In this document: positions 49,501-63,200 of the stretch, piece by piece
Layout: the number at the start of each line of letters is the position of its first letter
Numbering within the stretch: the first letter of the stretch is position 1
Origin: Catajapyx aquilonaris
Lineage: Eukaryota
Assembly (NCBI GenBank): GCA_000934665.2
Contig: JYFJ02000973.1
Location: 1 to 64,000, forward strand
Direction: 5' to 3'
DNA: 64,000 nt
The notes under the pieces: model-generated
The model's input: the letters and a program-made list of their open reading frames with translations, nothing else
Database searches by the model: none
Told to the model about the DNA's origin: nothing
Made by a program: the position numbers and the translations under genes

Positions 49501-52500
49501 GACAAAGCCCGCCCAGGTGCTATGTTTCGCCTCCATTGAAGTGGGTCCCACCCTCTCTGTCCTCTCATTGTTGAACGGGGAAAGTGAGAACCATGTTAAC
49601 TACTACCTATATATAGGCAACAAGGACATACAAACAGACGGAGAGAATAAGTGGATTAGTATAGTATGATTTCCTCTCCTTCTCCCAAACCTATTTCCTT
49701 CTCACTTATTGCGACCCCTCACCACTTATTATTGCCATTATTACGAGGCATTTCCCCAACCGACAATCCCAAACAGTCCCAGGAATTATAATGCGATCGG
49801 ACCCCCCCCTTCAGGTGCAAGTCCTAACCTCAAGTTATGCATACAGACAAGCTTCTTGTTTCTATATATATACTGGGGTAAAATAGTGTCGCCATAGTTA
49901 CACCAGCCTCTCAAAGGACTGTGTGGGAATTCGGAATGTATACCACTTCGACCCATTGCATTGTTGTGGTGTGGTCGAGAGGTCAGATCGATCCGAGGTG
50001 TCTGAAGCTGCATATATAGAGCACTAGCAGGATACCCGGAGTTGCTCGGGTTACATTTCCATAGGATGTAACTCATTGTTTTGGTAGTTACCTTTGCAAT
50101 ATAAGTATGGCTATCAAAGAGTTCTGCTATAACATATCATATGTATTAGATTCCAGCAGGGTTCAGCAGGAAGAGTTGTCTGCACTACCAACCAGTTTTT
50201 ACACTGTGGACTGGCGACGTGCAGACCTCTATATATAGACTTTGGTCTTTTCTCTTTTATGAACAACCGCAGTCTGGAGCCATTAACATCATCCCCAGTG
50301 TAGTGGAGAGTCATCCTAACCGCAGTTTTCATATATGGACCCCAGGGAGAGAAAAAAAAGGTTATTTATATAAGACGGAGGCACTTTCTACGAGCCAAAT
50401 ACACGCTGGAGATGCGAAAGATAACTTCTTGTTGTTTTACTTGCTGTCAACGTTTTTGGCATATTGCACACACTCGTGACTTCTCACAAAATGTGTAAGC
50501 TACACTATTCTATAGCTGGCCCCATTGTTAACATTGGCTCTGAATATTCTGCTCTTCCGTGCACACCCGAAAATGTCCTCTCCTAAGATCGCGATTAGGC
50601 AAATTGAAACGCCCTGGTCTATTGATCAGGGCATGTTGTTACGTATCCTACAACGAACATATTCGGAGAGAGGGCCTCATTTTAGTCACTGAAAGCAAGC
50701 CTTATCGTGGAACAGAGTCGAGAGATATTAAACCGGGTTGTTCTTGAAATAACAGTGATATTGCATCACCACTATTTTTGCTCACTGTTGCATTTTGCGA
50801 TGCAGAAATTATATAATAATATTTTGGTACCACACAATTTTTTTTTCTTTGGCGGTACAGTACATTAACCTCGCTGCAGTTTCATAGTTAAAAAGTTCAT
50901 CGTTGTGGAAATTTTGAACTTCAGGAAAATTCAATATGCTGTACATTTCCTCTCTTTTTTTATCAGTACACTGTAATGTTAGAGTACGCCTAATATTGCC
51001 CTGCAGGCTGGATGAGCTAGATGAGAAAATGCAGCTTTTATAATATGCTGGTTTCAGACGATAATAAAATTCAAATCGAAACAACAATGTGTATGTGGGA
51101 TATTCATCTTCAACTGTGAGAGAGGAAGCAGGTGATGAAGTTGTATTCTGCGCAAAAAAAAGTTATTATTTGCAACCAAATTATCCAGACAGGTTGCTTG
51201 CTATAATATTAAAATGCAGAAAAATAATTCATTACAATTCTAATTAGAGCTTGAAAGTAACAGAAACTACCGGAAAGTTCATTTCTTGTACCATAAGTTT
51301 AAAATTTAAAAATTTAAAAATTGCAAAATATGTTCCACCCCCAAAATATATATCGAGAGAGAGATTGGGTTAGTGGAAAGGCCAGTCAGATTAATCGATT
51401 CCGCGAAGTGGCTTATTGGCATGAAAATTCTGTAATCTTAAAGCAGATCCCGTTGATTTCCCGAGAGGATTTTCCAATACATCCCACATAGTTCGATGCC
51501 CACGTAAACTCATCGGCCTAGCCAAAAAAAAAAGACGCTCAGGAAACTTCTTCTTCTCGAGGTCAAAACTCATGCTTGCTTCTTTCCTCCTATAAACCAC
51601 CACCATCTCTTTCCAGCTTCTCTTCTCTCTACTCTCTAGCTCTCTATCCTATATACCACCACGTTTACTTATTGATCGACGTGAAATTGGCTGTTTATGG
51701 AAGTTTTAGGGCTTAATAACGGGGAAACTGCGGAGATTGCAGGCTTCCTCTCCTTTTCTATAGCCTAGACTATAAGGGGGGGCCCACCTTTAGGTCCACC
51801 CACCTTCAAAAATAAAACCAAGACTATGGCTCCCATGTCCGGTTCCACCAAACTATTTTAACAGTCGATTATGACTGATGTTGCTGGATGTCAATGGGAA
51901 TCAATTTTTAGATCTGCATTTAATTAGCTGAAATCTCCGATTATGGATCTGGAAAATTTACAATAACTAGTCTTAATTATCTAAACTAGTTAATTTCTCG
52001 CTAAAACTTGCCCCGATTGTTCAGGTAGTACACATCCTTCATAATAGATGGCGCATCCTCCCTCTCTGCACACTACTGCCACCCTCAAGGTCGTGCGGAG
52101 AAAAGTGGTACTGCATGCATCTAGCTGATGACTCCCTCCGGACAGAGGCACAGACTCCAGCGAATTCTGCGCATTAATTATTATAAATTATACATCTTAT
52201 ACCGCGGTATTTTTGTACTTTTCTTATTACATTTTACATATGTTGACAGCCTATAAGGTGACATATTTGTGACGTTTCTTAGAAGCCTTTTAGTCTTCCT
52301 AGTGAAGAAAGAGAGGAAAACCGGCTGCATAGGTTGGCAGACTCTGATTTTTGGACGCCATGTTTGATCCCATTTGCTTGCACCATAATTCACCCCAATT
52401 ACATTTTTTGGGGGGAGCTTGTTACGAGCTGTACAAACGCAATAACATTGCCATTCCGATCCGATTCCTAACCCCCTTTCCCTCTGAATTAATCCCATCC

Positions 52501-55500
52501 TGGTCACGTGCAGGAGAGAAAATTCCTTCTGGAAATTGGATCGGTGGCAACCACACCCAAACCCTCTAGACCTAACCTTAGAACCACCTCTATTTTTCTG
52601 AGTTCTGACTCGATTGGGTGCCGTTTGAAGGGTAATCAAGACGATTCTTCTAACACCCGACCCAGCACCTCCAACCTTACAACCTTCATGAAGGAAGAAA
52701 ATTTAAGAAGAGAGGTTCAGATCAGCATCTCATATCCACTGCCGAATACAATAGTGTGAATCATATTTTCTTGCTAAAATTAGGGCAAAAGGATAGGCCA
52801 ACAATCTCTGTCAACTATGTGAGCCATATGGTACTACTAGTTTGAATAGTGGTGTGGTCGAGAGGCTGCTTGTATACACAAGTGTATGGCCATAGAAATG
52901 AACAGAGGCACGTTTGTAAGGGCGGAGGGAAGCAAGTCATTAGGTCTTTGAATCGATGCAAATGTGATGTAATAAGAAGAGCTCTGGCCTTGTTACGTCT
53001 CCGGCATGAAATTTCTAAATGGGTCAATCCGGGGGAGTAATGTACGTGAGAAGAGTACAGAAACTTTTTTGCTCATTTTCGCCTAGATTCTAACAACTGG
53101 GATGCCTTTTTTTTTGCATACTGACAGTGTTTTTAAAAACGCTCACTATTTTGCTGTGGGATTTTTTTTCCCCCACCAATATTACATGTCATATGCAGAA
53201 AAGAAGATTGCAGTACACCAGTAAAATGTTTTGTTACTCACATCCAAGTGTGTGTTTTTAGCTCATGTTTTGCAGCCAGCAAAGCGAGGCAGCACCGAAT
53301 AACAAAATGAATATTCATATCTTTTTGGGGAGGCAAAAACTGGGTACAAAATAACGAGAATAGTTTCATTTGAAAGTAAATGGATATTATGACTGCAGTG
53401 ACTCATTAACGGATAAATTAGGTTTTAAACTACATGTTGAAACCCCCCCCCCCCTGCATATCTATGTGACAGATTGATGGTTTAATGAAGCCCGCAGGTT
53501 AATAGAACTGTCACAAAAGTACGCCCATTTTTGTATGCAAATTTCGCAAACATGCAATTTTTGTTGCAAATATCTGAAGATGACACTGTATAAGGATTAT
53601 TTTTTTGTAGAAAACAAAACAAAAAAAAATCTGCTGGTTAAGAAAACTAATTCCAAGTCTTGTGTCCAGGACAGGACTAGGCTTGGCCTGTCTGATGCGG
53701 GTTCTAGTGCGTTGCAAACTCATTTCATGGGAATAGCCAGTTTGTCATCCTCGTCGTCATAATCGCTTTGGATGGAAGCCAGGGAGTATGATAATCCCTA
53801 GGGCCGCATTTCCCACCCCACCCCCCATCGCATGCCCCCTCTTCTACCATCCCCACCCCTCACTCACTAACCATATCCTTATAGTGCAGACAGGAAGAGA
53901 AAAACGAAATTTTTACGGTCTAGCTGAAATCGCAGGAATATTTGCCACTTTGTCAAGCTGGAAGATTTTTTTTTTTTTGCTTAAAGTTTTTTTTAATAAT
54001 TTTTTTGCTAACCGAGTATATGTGTGCTATTTTATACAAGTCCAACATAAATAACTGCGACTTTGTTTTCATCAATAGTTCAGCATGTAATGTCACAAAA
54101 TTGATATTAGAGCTGACTATGTGGCAGATTTTATTATGTGAAATGATTTTAAAACGAAGCCAAATACACAACACTCTGAAGAAGTGACGTTAACACAATC
54201 TGCCAATTTTTAGAGAGGAAATTTAATCAGTTTGCTGATTTGATGTATCAAAACGGAAAGCTGAATAATTACCTTTAACATCTGCGTTTTAAAGTAATTC
54301 CACTTTAAAAAATAATGTGCAAATCATCAAAAATAATATCTGTATGGATATTTTGCCTCAATGTGAAGCTGCCATATCAATAGCTTAATTGTTTGACAGT
54401 GCATTAATAAGTTTGATTCACCTGTTCCGTTTGCAACATGAGGACGTAATGGATGTAATGTAAAAGGCATTAGTTCATGTGGCGTGTGTGGGTGTTGAAT
54501 AATTTATTATAATAATTACTGTGTCCTAGATCGCAATTAAAATCTGCATGTACTGCAGGAGTAAGTCCGCGAGTTAATTTAATTGTTTATGTGTTTGTAA
54601 ATGTTATGGAAAGTACATCCGGGGATCTGTAAATAATAAAATATGTAGATACATTATTTTCATTGTTTTCAGCAGGAATCAATATTGCGCTTATTTTCTC
54701 CCCTTGAGTGTAATTACTTCATTATGCACTGGAGACATTTACGCCTTTGCGTGTCTGTACAGAGTATTTCAGAGAGGCAGTGCTGCGTACAGTACAACTT
54801 GTTCAGTTGGACAGCTTGCTTTATTGCCTTACACTGCACTGCAGCTTATTTTGGTGTCCGGTTGAGACTATTAAAGTAATTAGTGCACTGTAGGTTATGT
54901 TGCAGTTTAATGATGTTTGGAGACTTTAATAAGTAAAAGGGCTACCATCAGCCTGAGTTTCAGTGTTGTTTTACACGCTGTAGAATTAATTCGCATGGTT
55001 GGAACCTGGAGTGACAGCTTTAATGTCAACATTTTCACAACTCATAAAAATAGCCTATTATATTTAAAAAAGTAACATTTTGCAAATATTAAGTACTTCG
55101 CTATTGCAACCTTCCAATTTGACAGAATCATAAACCTAGCAAATAGCTCGCATCAAGTTTTGCTAAACATACACACAGCTACCAAACTTGTACACACGCT
55201 CCGCCTGAAAATTCCATCACTCTCCAACAAACTAATAATTCGATCAGGCCTCCATCTCTCAGCCAAATTACCAAGTTGATTTTAGTGCCATCAACTTCGA
55301 CGATTTGCAAAAAAAAAAAAAAACGACTCAAGCATTAGCTTGGATGCTACCCGGAGCAAGGGGTCATTCACCATCAGAAAAGTTTTACCAAAACTTGTAT
55401 AACAGATTTGCGATACACTCTCTACCGAATTGGTTTTTTAACCTGTCTTCAAAGGGGAAAAGTTCATGTCTCACAATAAAACTGAAAGTTGTGTTTTGCT

Positions 55501-55639
55501 AATAAAAATTGATCGGGACACATTCACAAACATGGTCTAATTTTTAGTCCGTCGGGTCCGAATTCAAAACTACAATTTATTATTATACAGTCTACAATAA
55601 TATTTATTGTAGATTAAACTTGACAAAAACTTCCAGGGT

Positions 55640-56535
55640 CCCAGACTGTCCATGTAGTATCATACGCTTCTCATAGATGGCGCACTCTGCCTCTCTGCAC
55701 ACTCCTGCCACTCAGGGTCGTGTGAGAGGTAGATGTACTACCAGCTCGGACAAACATCAGACGGAAAGACTCGAGCCAATTAATAGTAAAATATTTGAAT
55801 TTAGTGTTTATTTATTTTAAACAAGATTGGCAAATCACTCGAGCTTGATTCGAGTAGACTTTTTCTCAAATGAAAATTGGACAACAATGACATGGAATGC
55901 TGTCTGTCTCATTATCGGTTGCCAAGCAACCAACCTAAGAAAAATAATTTCTAATAAAAATCATGATTGTACACTCTTAGTAGTAAAATATTATTTTGAA
56001 TCTATTAGTAAATTTTTTTAAAAAACAAGATTGCCAAATCACGAGAGAGTGATTCGAGTAGACTGTGCTCATATTACGTAAAATTGGGTAACAATGACAT
56101 GGAATGTTGTCGGTGCCATTATCAGTTGCCAAGCAACCTAAGAAAAATTATTTGTAATAAATCATGATTGTACGGTACATTTAGTAGTAAAATATTTGAA
56201 TTAATTTTTCAATTTTTTAAACAAGATTGCCAAGTCACGCGAGAGTGATTCGAGTAGACTTTTTTCTCAAATTAAAATGGGACAACAATGCCAAGAAACC
56301 TAGGAAAAATAATTTCTAAATCATGTAGACTTTGACCTTGGAGGATATAGAGTGAACCTGGAATTTAACCGGAAGTGGCTGGTCACCGGAAGTTGACCGG
56401 AAATGGTCACACTGAATTCAAATCCGAAAACCGTTTGTTGCTATATCTCTTTCGGTTTAGGCTCTGAAACATGTCCACGGACGGACAGACGGACGGACAC
56501 AGCCGACTTTTTTCGATGATAAAAAAGTCTAATAG
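55640..56535 (+). mobile_element. HINE/DINE-1-like non-autonomous element with a ~200-bp internal tandem array
   Basis: Units starting AAACAAGATTG at ~55819, ~56023 and ~56219 (third partial), then GGTCACACTGAATTCAAATCCGAAAACCGTTTG, a (GACG/GACA)n microsatellite at ~56478-56500 and the terminal stem-loop GACTTTTTT...AAAAAAGTC (~56504-56529). The classification is inferred from this layout. Confidence 0.6.
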
Positions 56536-58329
56536 TAAATATTGATACATTATGTGTCATATTTAGTGAATATCTTAGCGCACTCTAATCAGGGAGTTAA
56601 CCCACCCTAATAATGTGACTATATAGCCTACACAGCCCGTATCGACGACATGTTTCAGCTAACCAAGACCCATGATCTGCAAAGTCTGTTAGCTTGGCTT
56701 CCTTTTGTTGAAGTTTTGTTGGGGGGAGGGCAGTGCGGGATGGACAATGGTCGGCCCATTATATCCTTGTTGTCTCAGTGTGGGCCCCTCCCTCAGCCTC
56801 TCTGGGGGGTCCTTTTGTTTGCATGGCCGGCGGTCACAGCTGGAAGGCTTCCAAACGCAAATTACTACACTTGTCGTCTTTCTGGCCTTCCGCAAAGGAA
56901 AGGGAAAAGGGTTAAATTGTGGGTAGGAGGGGGTTGGGGTTATGTGGAACAGAAACTTTGCCACTGGAAGGCAGGAGGCGCGAGAGAGGAATGCGAATGA
57001 GTGCGTGATTAGTGCGTTCATTCGGAGGCTAACAACGACATGAATTAGCTGGGGGGGAAGGTCGTCTGGTTATGTCACAAAGAGTCAGCGACGTTTAAGT
57101 GCAGTGTCCTCTTCCTGTCGGAGCGGGACTGGATTAATAGGAAAACGAAGCTTTGGGGTGACTCATTATGTGTAATTATTAAACTGTTGCAGGTGAAGGC
57201 ACGTACCAACCGAGGTTAATTACCAAGAGTAACATCAACAATTTTGCACAAACTTTACAGAAAAAATGTTAAACAAGTGCAATTTTGAACACATCGGGTC
57301 ATTAGTTAAATCCGGATCAAACAAACATGAGTATCATTGTCACATCACGTGAAGAGCCAGTCTACTTGGCAGCACACTCACAGTAATTAGGCCTAATAAA
57401 CAGTGGAATGTCGCATTATATGAGGTTGCAAAATGTAATGGTTCAATCAGCAGCGGATTTGCCAGATAATGAAATATTACATGACATTGCCCAAACATCA
57501 GTAAAGATTTTTCAGTTGACTTCTTGGATTGTTGTGTACCACCCTGTATCATCATGCCGCATACTATATTTTAGTGGGGGATTGAAATGTATTTTTCTGC
57601 CACTGTCTTTTATGGTCCGTTACCAAACGAACCATAACTTTTCTCTCTTCTGCTATTCTCTCCGGAGTAAAAAAAAAGGAAAGTTGGTTGGAGACCCTGC
57701 GTCGTCAGCGAAGAGAAGAAGTTGAAAAGTGGAGGAAGAGAGGAGGGTGTGGGGTGTATTTTATTCTATTGACCCATCTCCTTTCAATATTTTCGCTGGA
57801 GATTTAAAGGACGCAGCAGCCCCCCTTCTTCTTACAGTATATATGAGTTTGGATGGAACAGACGAGAAGAGTCCAAATCTGGAGTAAAATGAAGTGTTCT
57901 GGATTTTCCTTTCCTTTTTTACGAGCCAAAATTGCAGTTTTAGGAAAGCTGTTAAAAGCGGCCTGGACTGATAATAGTCTGCTGCCGTTGGAAGATAGCG
58001 CACCAGTTATTTTTGCGCAGCGGGGATGCCTCGGTTTTGTTGCAGGGAAATGAATGGGGCTGGGTTTTTGGATCGCTGTTTTAAAGGTGAAGAAGAAAAG
58101 AAGACTGGGGAAGGGCAGTAATTTCCAGGTCTGTTGTTCCAGTCTCGAGGGGCAAAAGCAGACCAATAAATTATTATGCTTTTGCACTTTGCTCGGACAG
58201 TAAAATTTCTTTGGCACCCTCCAAATGGTATAGTGAGCGTAAAATCAAATGGCGACGAGAACCAAGAGAAAATACGAGGAGATCTGAACTGGAAGCTGGA
58301 AATTCGCATTTTACATATTTGTCACTCTT

Positions 58330-58850
58330 TTCGCAAACAAACAAACAGATGAACAAATGACAAACAAACAAACAAGGTGAAAGGGACAGTAAGTAATGTC
58401 AGAAACTTAAAAATACCGAATAACTATTGATTTCCTAACAAACGAACAAACGACCGATATATCGATAGCTCGATCGAACGAACCAACGAAAGAAAGGAAA
58501 AACAAACAAACAAACAAACAAACAAGGTGAAAAGGATAGTAGGCAATGTAATAGACTAACAACTTTTGATTTCCGAACGAACGACAAACAAACAAACAAT
58601 CGATATATCGTTCGTTTGTTCGAACTCTCGATATATCGGTCGTTTGTTTGTTTGTTTGTTTGTCGTTCGTTCGAAAATCAAAAGTTGTTAGTTTTCATTG
58701 GATCTATCGATATATCGGTCGTTTGAACGAACAACATATACAAATAACAAACGACCGATATATCGATAGATCGAACGAGCGAACGAACGAACGAACGAAC
58801 GAACGAACGAATAACCAAACAGCCAAACAAAGTGAGAAGGTCAGTATAAG
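58330..58850. repeat. Complex (AAAC)/(GAAC) repeat with CGATATATCG palindromes, direct and inverted blocks
   Basis: CGATATATCG occurs five times (~58455, 58600, 58629, 58708, 58756). The block AAACAAGGTGAAA.GGA.AGTA recurs. ~58630-58690 is an inverted copy of ~58555-58610. Confidence 0.8.
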
Positions 58851-60019
58851 CAATGTAACAGATTCTGATCAAATAATAAAATGCATATATTTAAAATTAA
58901 AATTAAGTAACGGATCTCATGCTCTCTATGAAAGATTCCCACACATTGTTGTCAAGTGTGACATTGTTTAAATAACAAGCCTGCAGCAGCATGAAAGCTT
59001 CTGTAATCCCCTTTACGTGCCCTTACAGTATTGCACATATTGACTTGTTCTCTACCTTGTACACATCTGGATTTAGAACCAACCCTTATCCTAGATTAGG
59101 TTGTTCAAACACGATCCATTATAGTCACGTGAGTGGCTGCTACACGTCAGATAAAAAATTGAAGATAAAGCATGCGAACCGGAAAAGACATAGGTATATA
59201 TACCCCCCCACAAACGAAAAAAATATAAATAAATTGTGAGCCTGGTGTTTTAAGTGTTTACCTTTCATATCTCCTCTCGCTAGAGTGATTTATCGGGCAA
59301 ACGCTCTGATCCGCCTTACTGGAAGATTCTGAGCAGCGTTTCTCCCAAGAGTTTTCCCTCAACGAAAAAGCCCGTCAGACGTGTGCCAATCTCGGAGACG
59401 TCGTGCCAAAAAGTTCGCCAAGAAGTATAAAAAAAAAGTGGTCTTGGGTGCACATCCCTACGACAAACTCTTTCTGCCTCCTGTCCACTTGAGGAGTTTT
59501 TGGCTTATCCTTCCTCGCCTTCTTGAAACCAGCTCTTCGACGCCTTAGAATCGATCCAACTTACCTCAAACTTGCACTGGAAGGACTGTAATTGAGCAGT
59601 AAATAAAGCTCATGAGGTGGAATCTTCCAAGGAGCTTACTACTATACAGGAGCGGTGGACGAAAAAAAAATACATTTTTTTTTTTTGAATGCACAGTGAC
59701 GCGTAAAGTGATTTAAGCTTTGAAGGTTGTATAACATGGCCAGGTGCATAAATATGGGTCTTGTCAGTGAAAAAAAAACCTGAGCTGGAAATATTACAGG
59801 GCACGTGAAACGATCTTCTCATGCATTATTCAAGGTTCTGTGGGTGGGTCTTAAAAATTGACTTCAGGTTCAGCTGGAAATATTTGGGACGTCAAAATGT
59901 GTTTCTGCAGTCATTTATTTTGTGGTCAGAATTAGCAACATTGGAGTGAATTTTCGTCCGAAATATTTTCTGTCCAAAGCGACACTTTGACTGGACGATT
60001 TTTTTTTGGAGGCAAAACA

Positions 60020-60245
60020 ATATTCGAGTAGACTTTTTCTCGTTGACAAGCAAATTCAAATAGGACAACAATGACATATAATGTTGTCAGTCTCATTTTC
60101 GGTTTCCAACGAGCCTTGGCTGATAGAGTAAGTTGACAATGATGCACATTTGGGTCACGCTGAATCCGAATCCGAAAACCGTTTGTCGATATCGCATGCG
60201 TTTTAGGCCACGATACCTGTCCACGGACGGACAGACTATTTTCAC
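60020..60245 (+). mobile_element. Diverged single-unit copy of the 55.6-56.5 kb element
   Basis: ATTCGAGTAGACTTTTTCTC...GGACAACAATGACAT...GGTCACGCTGAATCCGAATCCGAAAACCGTTTG...TGTCCACGGACGGACAGAC is collinear with 55850-56490. Confidence 0.7.
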
Positions 60246-63200
60246 ACGAGAAATGACGAAAATTTGGACGAAAATTTATGCGAATTTGCACACAACACAC
60301 GGTGTTAACAATGGGGGCGAACCTCTTAATGGATGCGGTGCATCGGTCCATATAAATCTCCATGAGACCTTTTCCTTTTCCAAGCAAGTGATGTCCAAAA
60401 GGTGCGGGTTGGAATAATGCAGTCCTAGTGTCGCAGGTTGATTTAGGGTCCTTGGCTTCCAGTTTCATTAAGTAATCCTCCGCTCTTCTCTACTCTAATT
60501 TATCAGGCCGTAATAGCACCCCAGGCTTTACTTTGATAAACGAGGAATCGATTTAAATATTATTATGAAGAAGTGAGTCGGAGGGGGGGGGGGGGGGGGG
60601 GAAGGTNGGGGGGAGCGGGGGAAGGTTATAATATCTAGCACCTTGCAAGATGGACCATTTTGTACACACCCGGATTCCTCTGGATTATAAAATAAGCGAA
60701 AAAAAAGCTCTAAAATGTCAACCGGCAAAATGGCGACGCTTTTTCTCCTGGAAAATTCGTGGGAAAATGTTGCAAGTTTCAGCATTGTTTTCCTCTATAG
60801 TACTTATCTCTCCAGTGAGAGCCCCCCAACCTACCCAACCTCGAGTCTCAGTTCGTATATATTGATGTGCGTCCTTAATTTAAATACATGTCGTGAATTA
60901 TTAATGAGTCTAAAGTTTGGGCCGGAGAGCCTTATTCTCCTTCAAAATAATTTAACCCTCACTTTCTGCAAGGAATTGAAAACAACGTTTATTGAGTTAT
61001 GAAACCAGACTAATTTTGTGAAGGGATTAAAATATTTTTTTCTCCGCAGTTATGGCGGTTCAATTTGCATTTAATTTATAATTTTTCGGATTATTTAAAT
61101 AAATTAAAAATTCGTTTTCATGTGGATATTGTTGGCCCCCTGATATGCAGGATACGCGTTGGTCAATAGAGACGTGATGGTTGCGGGTGTGAAAGGATGA
61201 ATTCAAGGCCAGTCCCCTTTTCCCTAAGGAAGGTTTAGCCTCCAGCTATGCCTGGTTGGTTTACTCAAAAGAGTCCCTCAGGATATTGTGGGAACTGTTT
61301 TATGCAAACGCTCACTGCTGCTTTGGTTAGTTGTCTTAAGTTTAGCAGGTTGGCGGGATAATGTTGTTTTCACAAGGTGGCAAAAAATTCGAAATAATTA
61401 TTATACGAAATATTTGCAAGAAACAATTCTGTTGAGTGACAACAGTTCGTTACTAGAAAGTTATAATAATTTTTTAAATTAAGTGTACACTATTACTCTA
61501 TTTAAAATGTAACAACAATGATTGCTTTTAAAACGTTCATGCGAAAGGATCGATTGTGCAGGATAAGCCCTATTGTCATGTAGACAATATATTGATGTTC
61601 AATTCACTGTAATGTCAGGGTTGCAATGCAATGCTTTTTTTATTTTTCAAAAGCTGCGCTTATTGTACTGTACTTTAATAATGGACCATAGTAAAAACCG
61701 GTTGCTTTTGTCCACTGTCAAAGTTTCAATCCCTTTGTGCCTCATTGCACGAAAGCTCAAACGGAAAGTGTGAATGCTACAGGTTGGCACAATTATTAAA
61801 CATCTGGTTTATTTTTTTTTAAACAATTGATATTACCTCAGGCCAAAATTCCAAAATTGTTGAACCAAATTTTAGCGAATTTGAGCATTTCACCCTGTAC
61901 AGTGAGAATAGCCTAGGTGCAGAGAGTTGTAAAAAAAATGATCCGACGATGGGACGGGAAGATAAATCGCTTTATTGGAATAACTCTGGGCATAATTTGT
62001 AACCGATACCCGCTGTGGAAGGAAACCAAAAGCGGGCCGAGTATCATTCATCTTTCTTACCGCCAATATTCATGTTAGGCCCTGCATAAATAATGGCTTT
62101 TCATCCCATCCTCCCTTCGACATAGGAAGCGCCATCGGAGGGCAAATGGAGATCCATATAAACCTTGCCCATCCGTCCAAAAAAAAGTGAACTCTATTCA
62201 TGTATCTGTGGAAAGCAGGAAAAAAACTCCAAAGTGGCCTCTCTTTTTTTTGAAGTATGGAATTTTTATTGAATTGGACTAACCATATGCGGGCATGTTT
62301 TGTCAAAAAGAATCGCGTCGCTCAAAAACAGGACGCATTGCTGGCGACATATTTTTTTGTAGGCCTTCAGAAGGTGTAATATGCGCAAATAAGTTCATTT
62401 AAGAACTGTTTTGATTATAATGAGATGCAAATTGGCAACTATGCATCCTCCTAATAAGTTACACTAGGCAACACTGTCCCCCATGACAGTGGAAGTAGTG
62501 CCAGATCACGCACATAAATGGCGCACTGCTGATGACTCACTGCGGACAATACATACATACCCGATCCGATTTTATACATAACTTAATATTTTAATGTATA
62601 TATTTTGTACTGTTCAGTCAATTTCGTCACATGCTAAGACTACACTGTATGTAGTACACATTATGATGGGAGCAGAGTGAAGCTCGATAAAACCTACATA
62701 GGAAACCCGGAGGTGCCTTCTGGCAGATGAGAGAAGACGCTTCCACAACTCCCATCGATCACTTATTGAGCTTTTTTGTGTTGTTGCGGATAGATGGATA
62801 AGGTGCCTGTCACCTCCACTTTGTTCTGTGGTGCTGCTCTTCTCGCCTCTTCTTTTTCCTCTGCAGGCTGGGTTTGGCCCTAAAACCACGTCGGTCATTT
62901 TTGCGGAAGGCGCCAAGAGGAAATTTTTTGACAGGAGGAAAAGAAGAAGAAGAAGAAAAAAAAACCCAGCTATGAAATGATTTTGATAATGGATTGTAGC
63001 TCTTTGAAGGAGAGTTTCGACAATTTCGTAGACTCTCTTTGAACTTTGGGATATGTGTCATGTTGAACAAGTGTCAATTTTTTTTTCAGCTCGATCGTTC
63101 TTGTGGCTTCACTTTATAGGTCTTAAAGCAAATGATCTATAATATTAAAATCCTCCGTTGTGTGCTTAAGCATTTTGATTGGTCCGCCGCATATTGTTGT

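Noticed and set aside
60580..60622. G-run as a functional G-quadruplex
   Set aside because: Poly-G/C runs are common in this window, and this one contains an ambiguous base.
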